Shown piece by piece: positions 13,795 to 23,759 of a DNA stretch of 33,259 nt (its first letter is position 1; each line of letters begins with the position of its first letter). Source of the DNA: Octopus bimaculoides (taxonomy: Eukaryota); assembly GCF_001194135.2 (NCBI RefSeq), contig NC_068988.1:95257425-95290683 (forward strand), in the 5' to 3' direction. The notes beneath the pieces were generated by a model. The model had not been told where the DNA came from, ran no database searches, and saw only the letters and a program-made list of their open reading frames with translations. The position numbers and the translations under genes were made by a program.

Positions 13795-13982
13795 ATGACG
13801 CAATTCACTCTGCGAGAAATTTCGAAACGAAATGCTATACTGCTTGGCGTTCGTGCCGGAAGCTCCAATACGGACATTTCAGAGTGTTTGGGTGTCAATC
13901 TGAGGACAGTGCAATCTGAGGACATGTACCGAGAGTGATAAAAATTAAACATCCAGTCAATTTCATGGTGTTTGGAGTGATC
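13795..13982 (+). mobile_element. DD37D/maT-like mariner, internally deleted remnant (N-terminal HTH joined to a mid-catalytic segment)
   Basis: ATG 13795: MTQFTLREISKRNAILLGVRAGSSNTDISECLGVNLRTVQ (paired-like HTH start), then from about 13924 VPRVIKIKHPVNFMVFGVI, homologous to the DPTVMHTKFLSFMMVFDVV segment of the DD37D copy at 17200-17250. Confidence 0.8.
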
Positions 13983-14032
13983 ATGCTGATCTCTTAAAGA
14001 GATATATTGTAGCAGCGAGAGATATACTGTAA

Positions 14033-14135
14033 CAGTACCAAATAGTAATGTTTTGTATGCCAACAGTAATATCGTCCTGAGTAGGACTGCCTCATCCTGT
14101 TGGCATATAAACATTATGATTCGGTAATGGTACTG
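14033..14135. mobile_element. Approx. 103 bp hairpin MITE-like element (CAGTACCA...TGGTACTG, followed by TA)
   Basis: Terminal inverted 8-mers plus inner arms TAATGTTTTGTATGCCAACAG (14046-14066) / CTGTTGGCATATAAACATTA (14097-14116); CAGT termini and a flanking TA resemble Tc1/pogo MITEs (left flank is AA, not TA). Confidence 0.6.
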
Positions 14136-14214
14136 TATAGATCTCGATCGCAAATTTAAAACAAGTGCTATTTTTCTTTTTGCGTAATTTACTCGACAGT
14201 TTATACACTGCACC

Positions 14215-14255
14215 ATGTGTGTGTGTGTGTGTGTGTGCGTGTGTGTGTGTGTGTG

Positions 14256-14287
<32 letters not shown>

Positions 14288-14412
14288 CGTGTGTGCGCAC
14301 ACGTGTGTTTGCATATATATATACACACATACACATATATATGTGTATGCCTGTATGTTGGTATATATATATGCACATATATAATATATATATATATATG
14401 TATGTATGTATA

Positions 14413-14444
<32 letters not shown>

Positions 14445-14490
14445 AATATATATATATGCATGTATGTATCTATCTATATGTCTGTGTGTC
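14215..14490. repeat. (GT)n / (TA)n / (TATG)n compound microsatellite
   Basis: Seen directly. Confidence 0.95.
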
Positions 14491-14769
14491 CACATAATCT
14501 CATCATTTTCGTGTATATCCGTTGAAATTGCCCATTGTGTTTTTTGTAATGGCTTTTAAAACTCGAAACTTATAAAATAATGAAATATGAAAGATAAACA
14601 GAGGAATTATAATAAAAATTGAAATAAATGAATATGGAAAAATAACATTAAAATATTTAATATCTTGCTTCAGGTTCATAAGAAAACTTGAATGTTATAA
14701 AACAAAGTGTGAAAATGGAAACGACTGGCTTTATGAAAAACTTCAGTTTTGTTTACGATCAAACTCTCC

Positions 14770-14931
14770 GGCACCGGAGTGGTTGTGTGATAAGAAAATT
14801 GCTTCCCATCTACATGGCTACAGGTTCAGTCCCAATGAATAACATTTTGAGCAAGTGTTTTTCCCTATAGTCTCGGGGTGATCAAAGCCTCGTATGTGGA
14901 TTTGTTACATAGAAACTGAAAGAAGCCTATA

Positions 14932-14980
<49 letters not shown>

Positions 14981-15196
14981 TGTGTGTTTGTGTTTGTCCT
15001 ATCACAACTGCTTTACGACCTGTGTTGGTGTGTTTATGTCCCTGTAACCTTGCGGTTAGGGAAAAGAAACCGATGCAATTAGCACAATGCTTTAAAAATA
15101 AAAATACTGAGGTCGATTCCTTGAACTAAAAATTTTTGCAGGTGCTGCCCCAGCATGGCCACAGTCATTAGACTGAAAGAAGTATGAGACAAAAAG
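14770..15196 (+). mobile_element. tRNA-derived SINE family B, full length, with internal (TA)n
   Basis: Head GGAGTGGTTGTGTGATAAG, B-box CAGGTTCAGTCCC, central TTTGAGCAAGTGT, internal TA run at about 14932-14975; 5' half matches 31095-31262 and 3' half (GGTGTGTTTATGTCCCTGTAAC...CCCCAGCATGGCCACAGTC) matches 18600-18815. Confidence 0.85.
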
Positions 15197-15274
15197 TATA
15201 TCTCGCAACCTGCTATTATGAAACAGTCAGTTCTGTTTGTAATAATTTTTTCCCATTTTGTGCACTTCAATATA

Positions 15275-15569
15275 TATATATAATTTAATTTATATAATGG
15301 CATTACTATACAATAATACCTCGCGCTTAGAGGGACTCCATAAGTCAAAACTACCAAAAGATGCAGTTTACTGTATAGTTTTGCTGCATTAATTATAAAA
15401 CCATTGGTTTACCGTTAAGTTAAAAGTTTTTAGGAGGTTAGCTTTGAAAGTTGCATTCTCTCGCGATCGGTAAAAATGTGCTTATTTTGGTAGTTTTGAC
15501 TTATGGAGTCCCTCTGAGCGTGAGGCATTATTGTATAGTAATGCCCTTATATAAATTAGATTATATATA
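15275..15569. mobile_element. Approx. 295 bp MITE with 85 bp terminal inverted repeats, in TA-rich context
   Basis: Left arm 15275-15359 (TATATATAATTTAATTTATATAATGGCATTACTATACAATAATACCTCGCGCTTAGAGGGACTCCATAAGTCAAAACTACCAAAA) is the reverse complement of 15485-15569 with 5 mismatches; 125 bp non-coding spacer. Confidence 0.92.
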
Positions 15570-16157
15570 TTTATGGAAAAAAATTATTGGTTTCTGTTTT
15601 CCTTATGAGGTTTTTTCACGCTAACTACTTGATAAATTCTTATAAAGTATTTATCCTAATATATATATATACGTGTGTATGTGTGTATACATAGACGTGC
15701 ACACACATTCATACGTATGTATCCATGTATGCATGTATGCGTGTATATACGCACGTACGGATATATACAATGACAATTCGATTGCTCGCTATACATAAAA
15801 CTAAATGACAATAATTACTGACAATAACAAAAGACGTTGTCGATGGCCACACATCTCGTTATTTATCACACCTGAGTGAGATAAGTACATAGAGACTGAT
15901 ATTGAATGGCATCAATACCGATATATTATATTTTGTATGTAAAAAAAAATAGGATAATTAAGAAATAGATTTGATAATAAATTTAAAATAGGAGTAATCA
16001 CATAATTAGTGTAAGGAAGAGGAGGGTGAGATAAGAGAGGAACATTTCAACATTTCACCTTTTTCTATTGTCTACTTAGTTGCAGATTATCGAATATTTA
16101 ACATGATAGAAGGTACATACATACATATAAACGCACACACACACACACACGTATGTA

Positions 16158-16212
<55 letters not shown>

Positions 16213-16552
16213 NNNNNNNNNNNNNNNNNNNNNNNNNNNNNNNNNNNNNNNNNNNNNNNNNNNNNNNNNNNNNNNNNNNNNNNNNNNNNNNNNNNNNNNN
16301 NNNNNNNNNNNNNNNNNNNNNNNNNNNNNNNNNNNNNNNNNNNNNNNNNNNNNNNNNNNNNNNNNNNNNNNNNNNNNNNNNNNNNNNNNNNNNNNNNNNN
16401 NNNNNNNNNNNNNNNNNNNNNNNNNNNNNNNNNNNNNNNNNNNNNNNNNNNNNNNNNNNNNNNNNNNNNNNNNNNNNNNNNNNNNNNNNNNNNNNNNNNN
16501 NNNNNNNNNNNNNNNNNNNNNNNNNNNNNNNNNNNNNNNNNNNNNNNNNNNN

Positions 16553-16593
<41 letters not shown>

Positions 16594-16744
16594 TATAGAT
16601 GTATGTGTATATAATACACATATATACACACACACATGTTGGATTTTCAGATATTTGTGAAAAAAAATTAAGTTTTTTAATTTATAGAAAACAGAAACAT
16701 TTATAGCAGATAAATACGTATTTATAGAATTAGGTGAATATATT

Positions 16745-18215
16745 CTTACAGATACAAAGCCGCCATCTGCTTCTATTGTTGCCTCCATACAGCTTCCGAA
16801 ACGAATAAATGTGCTAATCAGAAGATCTTCATTCGTGTCGGCCATACGTCCCCAACAGCAGACATCAATTACTCCTTGGCATTGCGAGCTTGTTTGTTGG
16901 TTTCCCTCAAAAAGACGTCCCAGATGTAATAGACGGGAGGGTTTAAACAAGGAGAACTAGGAAGCCAAATATTATGGTTTACGTAATCATGATAATGTTC
17001 TGCCACCTACTCTTGGATCGTGTACTCTGTGTGAGAGGGAGCAGAGTTATGCTGGAAGATATGTTGCTACCTCGACCAACTCTGTTGGTCGTGGCCTTGA
17101 CAACCGTTCTCATTCTTTTGATGTAGGCTGCTGCCTTGACTCTAAGACCATGAGGAAAAACTGAGGAGGTTGTGACGTATCCCTCGCTCCACACAACATC
17201 AAAGACCATCATAAACGATAGGAACTTGGTATGCATAACAGTGGGGTCCTCGGTGAGGTCGGCACAGAACCATTGTCAATCGTTGAGTTTTTTTTCTCAA
17301 TTTGGAGAAAGCGCTTCGCATTTGAAAGAAACCAGCTTCTATTGGCTTCCTCAAGATTCTTGAATTTGCCGAGAAAACGTTTCGATCACACGGTTCTTCC
17401 AGGTCTTATCGGCCATGAACTTCCCACATCTCATAACACAGGATTTGTACCTGAAATCTTCGCAACCCAAACGTCTAATCGTTAATTTTGACTCGCGGAG
17501 AGGATTGCCAATGGCTCTCATTCGCTAGCGGAGATTCGTGCTGATGATGCCCGGAAAAATTTTCCCACGAGAGTTCCGGACCCCAGCAATGAACTTATTT
17601 GCATACAGCCAATCAGAGCTCACCTTGACCTTGTTGCCAAGTTAACGAACCATCTACCAGGTAAACTAAAGATGAAGAACGGTGTTGTGCGTCGACCGAT
17701 CGCCAAGTTATGCCTGATTTTAGAAGGAGACAAGTAGATAGATTTACATCTGTACCTACTATCGGATTTTGTTATGGCCCCATTTGGTAAAGATGTGGAT
17801 GGGGAAAATGTAGGTAGAGGGTGATGTGCTAGCAGCCCTCTTCCCTTACTGTTTTACGAAGTAAACAACAACACAAATAACTACGCAGAGGCAGCCATGG
17901 TTGAAACAAGAACAACAAGCATTATTAACGTAAGTGACCTTTTCTTATCGCCCATCAATCACTTGTTATGCGCTCATAAATTAGTTTGATTGTGGAGCTC
18001 TGATTGGCTGTATGCAAATGAGTTCATATACGGGGTCCGGAACTCTCGTGGGAAAAAAATTTCGTGCCAGGTATTTGCTGGACAAACTTCACTTTACTGA
18101 TTACATCGAAACATCGAGAACATTTTTCTTACTTTTGGACCCGGAAGATGCACTCACGCCAGAGACCGGAAGTTCTTTCCTGATCTTAAAAATTTCAGAA
18201 TCACTTTGGATGATG
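16745..18215 (-). mobile_element. DD37D/maT-like mariner transposase pseudogene, interrupted by a MITE at about 17554-18063
   Basis: Minus strand: FKIRKEL..KFVQQIP|GIISTNLR*RMRAIG..TIRRLGCEDFRYKSCVMRCGKFM..QWFCADLTEDPTVMHTKFLSFMMVFDVV..FPHGLRVKAAAYI..IFQHNSAPSH..IWLPSSPCLNPPVYYIWD..MEATIEADGGF. Exactly 37 residues separate the second and third catalytic positions (both mutated: D>N, D>V). Confidence 0.93.
17554..18063. mobile_element. Approx. 510 bp non-autonomous TIR element (MITE), approx. 68 bp TIRs, probable 7-9 bp target-site duplication
   Basis: 17554-17621 is the reverse complement of 17995-18063 (5 mismatches apart from the terminal A/T run); flanks GATGCCCGG / CGTGCCAGG; removing the element plus one flank copy restores the mariner reading frame (QQIPGIIS). 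Confidence 0.92.
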
Positions 18216-18257
18216 GTAGTTAAGCGTTAGATTCGAAGTTGCTTCCAAGCTGGGGAC

Positions 18258-18565
18258 GTATGTCTGTATGTATGTATGTATGTATGTGTGTATGTGTGTA
18301 TGTATGTATGTATGTAAGTGTGTATATGTATGTATGTATGTATGTATGTGTGTGTGTATGTATGTATGTATGTATGTATGTATGTATGTGTGTATGTATG
18401 TATGTATGTATGTGTGTATGTGTGTATGTATGTATGTATGTGTGTATGTATGTATGTATGTATGTATGTGTGAATGTATGTATGTATGTATGTATGTATG
18501 TATGTCTGTATGTCTGTCTGTATGTATGTATGTATGTATGTATGTGTGTATGTGTGTATGTATGT
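18258..18565. repeat. (TATG)n/(TG)n array, approx. 310 bp, at the internal microsatellite position of a SINE-B copy
   Basis: Seen directly; immediately precedes the SINE-B 3' half. Confidence 0.96.
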
Positions 18566-18599
18566 ACAAGTACACGCTCACGCATACACACACACATAT

Positions 18600-18815
18600 G
18601 TTTGTATGCAAAGTGTGTGTGCCTGCGTTTTACCACCAGTCATCACTTGACACTCGATGTTGGGGTGTTTACGTCCCCGTTACTTAACTTTTTGGCAAAA
18701 GCGATCGATAAAATAAGAACCAGGCTTAATCGACAAATACTGAAGTGACGTCATTCGACCAAAAATTCAATGCGGTGCCCCAGCAGCGCCGCAGTCTAAT
18801 GAATGAAACAGGTGG
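18600..18815 (+). mobile_element. SINE family B, 3' half
   Basis: CACTTGACACTCGATGTTGGGGTGTTTACGTCCCCGTTACTT..GGCAAAAGCGATCGATAAAATAAG..GCGGTGCCCCAGCAGCGCCGCAGTCTAATGAATGAAAC matches 14990-15190. Confidence 0.85.
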
Positions 18816-18842
18816 AAGGTATATAGAAGCGCACATAGTCAC

Positions 18843-18857
18843 GCAGACAGACAGACA

Positions 18858-18898
<41 letters not shown>

Positions 18899-18905
18899 AC
18901 AAGCA
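18843..18905. repeat. (CAGA)n(CAGG)n compound microsatellite
   Basis: Seen directly. Confidence 0.95.
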
Positions 18906-19051
18906 GGCAGCTATATCGAGCGATAGATTGATAAACAGATAGATACACAGAGATATCTAAATCCATACATACATACTCATACATATTTATATAAATATAT
19001 ATGTATATACACACACAAACACACATACACACGCGCACGCACACACACACA

Positions 19052-19095
<44 letters not shown>

Positions 19096-19301
19096 GCATA
19101 TATACAGATAGTTGCATAGATAAACAAAATTTCAATGTCGACTTGTGCTGTTGTATTGAGTTAGGAAATGACTGCAGTATTATGCAGTCGGGGGATTTTA
19201 AATCAACCTCTCTACGTCTCCATACTGACACAGAAGAGACGACGGCTCTATGTGTTTGCCTCTGTGTCTGTGTGTATGTGTGTGTGTGCGCGAGAGAGAG
19301 A

Positions 19302-19344
<43 letters not shown>

Positions 19345-20399
19345 TAAGTAAGCTGACTCGCTTGTGTTAGGATTTGATTGTGCGTATATGAGGTTATGCG
19401 ACTGTACGTGTGTTTGTGTCCGTACATTATTTATTCTATGTTTACTGCTGATTTGGCGATGTTCCACGGCCTTTACCGGCATATTATCTTAGTAGAACTA
19501 AGCATAAGTACATACAGATACACANNNNNNNNNNNNNNNNNNNNNNNNNNNNNNNNNNNNNNNNNNNNNNNNNNNNNNNNNNNNNNNNNNNNNNNNNNNN
19601 NNNNNNNNNNNNNNNNNNNNNNNNNNNNNNNNNNNNNNNNNNNNNNNNNNNNNNNNNNNNNNNNNNNNNNNNNNNNNNNNNNNNNNNNNNNNNNNNNNNN
19701 NNNNNNNNNNNNNNNNNNNNNNNNNNNNNNNNNNNNNNNNNNNNNNNNNNNNNNNNNNNNNNNNNNNNNNNNNNNNNNNNNNNNNNNNNNNNNNNNNNNN
19801 NNNNNNNNNNNNNNNNNNNNNNNNNNNNNNNNNNNNNNNNNNNNNNNNNNNNNNNNNNNNNNNNNNNNNNNNNNNNNNNNNNNNNNNNNNNNNNNNNNNN
19901 NNNNNNNNNNNNNNNNNNNNNNNNNNNNNNNNNNNNNNNNNNNNNNNNNNNNNNNNNNNNNNNNNNNNNNNNNNNNNNNNNNNNNNNNNNNNNNNNNNNN
20001 NNNNNNNNNNNNNNNNNNNNNNNNNNNNNNNNNNNNNNNNNNNNNNNNNNNNNNNNNNNNNNNNNNNNNNNNNNNNNNNNNNNNNNNNNNNNNNNNNNNN
20101 NNNNNNNNNNNNNNNNNNNNNNNNNNNNNNNNNNNNNNNNNNNNNNNNNNNNNNNNNNNNNNNNNNNNNNNNNNNNNNNNNNNNNNNNNNNNNNNNNNNN
20201 NNNNNNNNNNNNNNNNNNNNNNNNNNNNNNNNNNNNNNNNNNNNNNNNNNNNNNNNNNNNNNNNNNNNNNNNNNNNNNNNNNNNNNNNNNNNNNNNNNNN
20301 NNNNNNNNNNNNNNNNNNNNNNNNNNNNNNNNNNNNNNNNNNNNNNNNNNNNNNNTAATTAAAAAGCAGCAGAGATATTTCTACTGCTTTTTAATAAAC

Positions 20400-20453
<54 letters not shown>

Positions 20454-20919
20454 TCACAATTAATCAAAGGTTATACTAAGTATGTCCTTTGCTTAATTTT
20501 TATCCTCAGCTATTTAATGTTTTTTTTGGGGGGGGGCTGTAATCGCTTTTGTTATTCATTCTGTTATTATCATTTTTGTTACACTAGATAATAACAGAGT
20601 CAATGGTATCTTCGCAAATTATTTTTTCGTGAATTATGTTTTTCTTGTGAATTATTTGCTGGGTATAGAAAGATAGATATGTATTAGAATGGACATAGTA
20701 TAGTAATGTAGGTTATGTAAGGTAGAGTTAGATATAAATGACGATTTGTATGGGGTGGGAAAAATCGGTGGTTAATCTTGGAGATCATGACGTGGTAACA
20801 TCATTGATGAGGAAGAAGAAAAGCAAGGGAGATAAGTCAAGAAGAAGCTGATGAAAGTTGATCAACAGACTGAAATAGTATCCACTAATATCACACGCAA
20901 ATACGCACACAAATACACA

Positions 20920-20978
<59 letters not shown>

Positions 20979-21072
20979 NNNNNNNNNNNNNNNNNNNNNN
21001 NNNNNNNNNNNNNNNNNNNNNNNNNNNNNNNNNNNNNNNNNATATATATATATATATATATAGATATTAATA

Positions 21073-21109
<37 letters not shown>

Positions 21110-21309
21110 TACACAGATATTGGCTCATAGATGCGCACCCGTACGCGTGCGCGCACGCGAATGTTAAACGGATATTTTTTATTACCTATTTACTAATTTA
21201 CAGGAAACGTTTATGGTCTAAACTTGAAGACTGGCTTCACATGTACATTAAAGATCTAAGCGGTTCTTGCTCCCTCGGGTCTGATTTTGTGACGGACGAA
21301 TAATTGAGC

Positions 21310-21672
21310 ATCAACATTTTACAACATCATATAACATTATCACCGTCGTCATTGTCGTCGTCGTCATCATCATCATCATGACCATCCCCACCACCGCCAA
21401 CATCATGAGAATCATCATCATCATCATCACCACCACAACCACCACCATCATAATCATCATCATCATTATCATCATCATCATCATCATCATCATCATTATC
21501 CTAATATTTATCAGTGCCATTAACATCATCGTCTTTATCATTATTATGTGTACCGTTGTCATCAGCTTTCGCATTGTGATCTCATAATCATAATCATCAT
21601 CGTCATCATCATCATCATCATCATCATCATTATCATCATCATCATCATCATTATCATCATCATCATTATCAT
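21310..21672. repeat. Long interrupted (CAT)n field with CGT/CAC/TAT variants
   Basis: Seen directly; source of poly-M and poly-I ORFs. Confidence 0.95.
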
Positions 21673-21750
21673 CTCAGTTATGATTGCCATTAACAAAATT
21701 TACTCAAGAATCACTAATTAATGTATTGCCGTTCTGCTAGTATATATATA

Positions 21751-23220
21751 CTAGCAGAAATACCCGGCGTTGCCCGAGTCAAAGAAAATTTAATGAAATT
21801 TCAAAACGCCATGTAGATAACGAAGCTGAAATACCAACTTTCTACGTAACTCTGCAACCCATGCCAACATGGAACTTAGACGTTAAGTGAAATGTGAAAA
21901 GTAAGTTTTAAACTGATATATGTATATAAAGTAAATGCACGTTTGTCTAACTTATTTCGTAACCAAAAAACAGGTAGCGATTGTAACCAATTAAAGGCCG
22001 TAAGCACACACACGCACACAAACACACAATGAATATATCACGTTACTGTTCCATTTTTATACACACAGATATACATTCACGCATGTCAGTCGAACAGAGA
22101 AAGTGTAATAGTAATACTTTAACACTCAATGGTTTTATACTTCTGTATATGACATTAAACTACTATTCATGTAAGTGCTTCTTCATATACTGTGTTTTCT
22201 GTCTTGCCATGTTTAACACTGAGAATGTAGAGGTTCTTTTCATCTCCAACTCTAGAACATCCAACATACAGCTGACCATGTGAGGAGCAAGGTTGAAGGT
22301 GATTAAGTCCCACTACCTTTAGAGATTGACCTTGTGCTTCGTTGATAGACATTGCAAAGCTACTAAGTTTGACAGGAAACTGCAGTCATTTGAACTGAGA
22401 GGGGAGATCATTTGAGATGAGAGGTCTCCTTGGAATGAAGACATTGTCACCCACCATGTTGCCATGATGTAGAAGAGGTTTCTCAGCTGCGTAGGAGACT
22501 TGCATATTTGTGCCTCTGTCAGAGTGGCATCCGAGTGTGCATCATCTTCCAGAAGGCTTCTGAGATGGCAAACCTAGCGATATGTTTGACATACTGTGTT
22601 ATCAACCGTACGTAAGGATGTAAATGATGTACGTCCCTTCACATGATGTAATAGAAGGCTTAGATATTGGCACTCTGAGTAGTTGGGATGGACAACATAG
22701 ACTCTGCTAAGTATGCTTGATTTCTTGATTCCCGGTTGATGTGTGGATGCTCCAAGTGCACGTCGTTTGTTTTGGTACCAGGTATAGAATTGTGGAACTT
22801 CATTGTATAGCAGTTTTGTAGCAAATTCATCATCTTGACAGAGCTTGAAGAATGCTATGTGGTATTTTGGGGAGCTCCCATTTGTAGTTGGACTGTGTTT
22901 GTCAGTGTGCTGTCTCTGAGATGGAGCACAATGTCACACTTGTCACGTTTTTGCCCAACCAGAAGCACAGCTACTTCATTTGCTGTTGGCGCATTAAACC
23001 TCCCTCCATGTTGACCAGATGGTTTCTTGTCTGATCTGATAACTACCTTGTAATCCATGGAGTCGGGTGGAATTGTTTCAAGTGCAGTCTTGAAGCTTGT
23101 TATAATTTGCACGAATCGATCTGGATATTGCATCGAAATGATCATAGGTCATTTTCATTGTTATTATTATTATAATAAAGTATTTTCAATAGATCAATTT
23201 TGAGCTCTCTTTAAAGTCGA
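21751..23220 (-). mobile_element. Helitron, 1.47 kb non-autonomous deletion derivative with both termini
   Basis: Minus-strand 5' A|TC at 23220 (supported only by the dinucleotide rule and the TA flank); 3' GC-rich stem-loop (CGGGCAACGCCGGG) about 12 nt before CTAG|T at 21751; no TSD, inserted at A|T in (TA)n. Three RepHel pieces: FKTALETIPPDSMDYKVVIRSDKKPSGQHGGRFNAPTANEVAV; AFFKLCQDDEFATKLLYNEVPQFYTW..RVYVVHPNYSECQYLSLLLHHVKGRTSFTSLRTVD..LLEDD; VFIPRRPLISNDLPSQFK*LQFPVKL.FAMSINEAQGQSL..SHGQLYVGCSRV (Pif1-type helicase C-terminal motifs). Confidence 0.93.
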
Positions 23221-23685
23221 TATATATACAAAAACTCAATTGTGAGTATTTTGTTAAGTTTGTCAACAGAAAGTATATTTTTGCCTAATTTTTGGTATAA
23301 AAAAAAATATATATATAAATACATATATNNNNNNNNNNNNNNNNNNNNNNNNNNNNNNNNNNNNNNNNNNNNNNNNNNNNNNNNNNNNNNNNNNNNNNNN
23401 NNNNNNNNNNNNNNNNNNNNNNNNNNNNNNNNNNNNNNNNNNNNNNNNNNNNNNNNNNNNNNNNNNNNNNNNNNNNNNNNNNNNNNNNNNNNNNNNNNNN
23501 NNNNNNNNNNNNNNNNNNNNNNNNNNNNNNNNNNNNNNNNNNNNNNNNNNNNNNNNNNNNNNNNNNNNNNNNNNNNNNNNNNNNNNNNNNNNNNNNNNNN
23601 NNNNNNNNNNNNNNNNNNNNNNNNNNNNNNNNNNNNNNNNNNNNNNNNNNNNNNNNNNNNNNNNNNNNNNNNNNNNNNNNNNNNN

Positions 23686-23759
<74 letters not shown>

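Noticed and set aside
16620-18260. TIRs of the DD37D mariner
   Set aside because: No convincing inverted pair at the expected ends; they appear decayed or lost.
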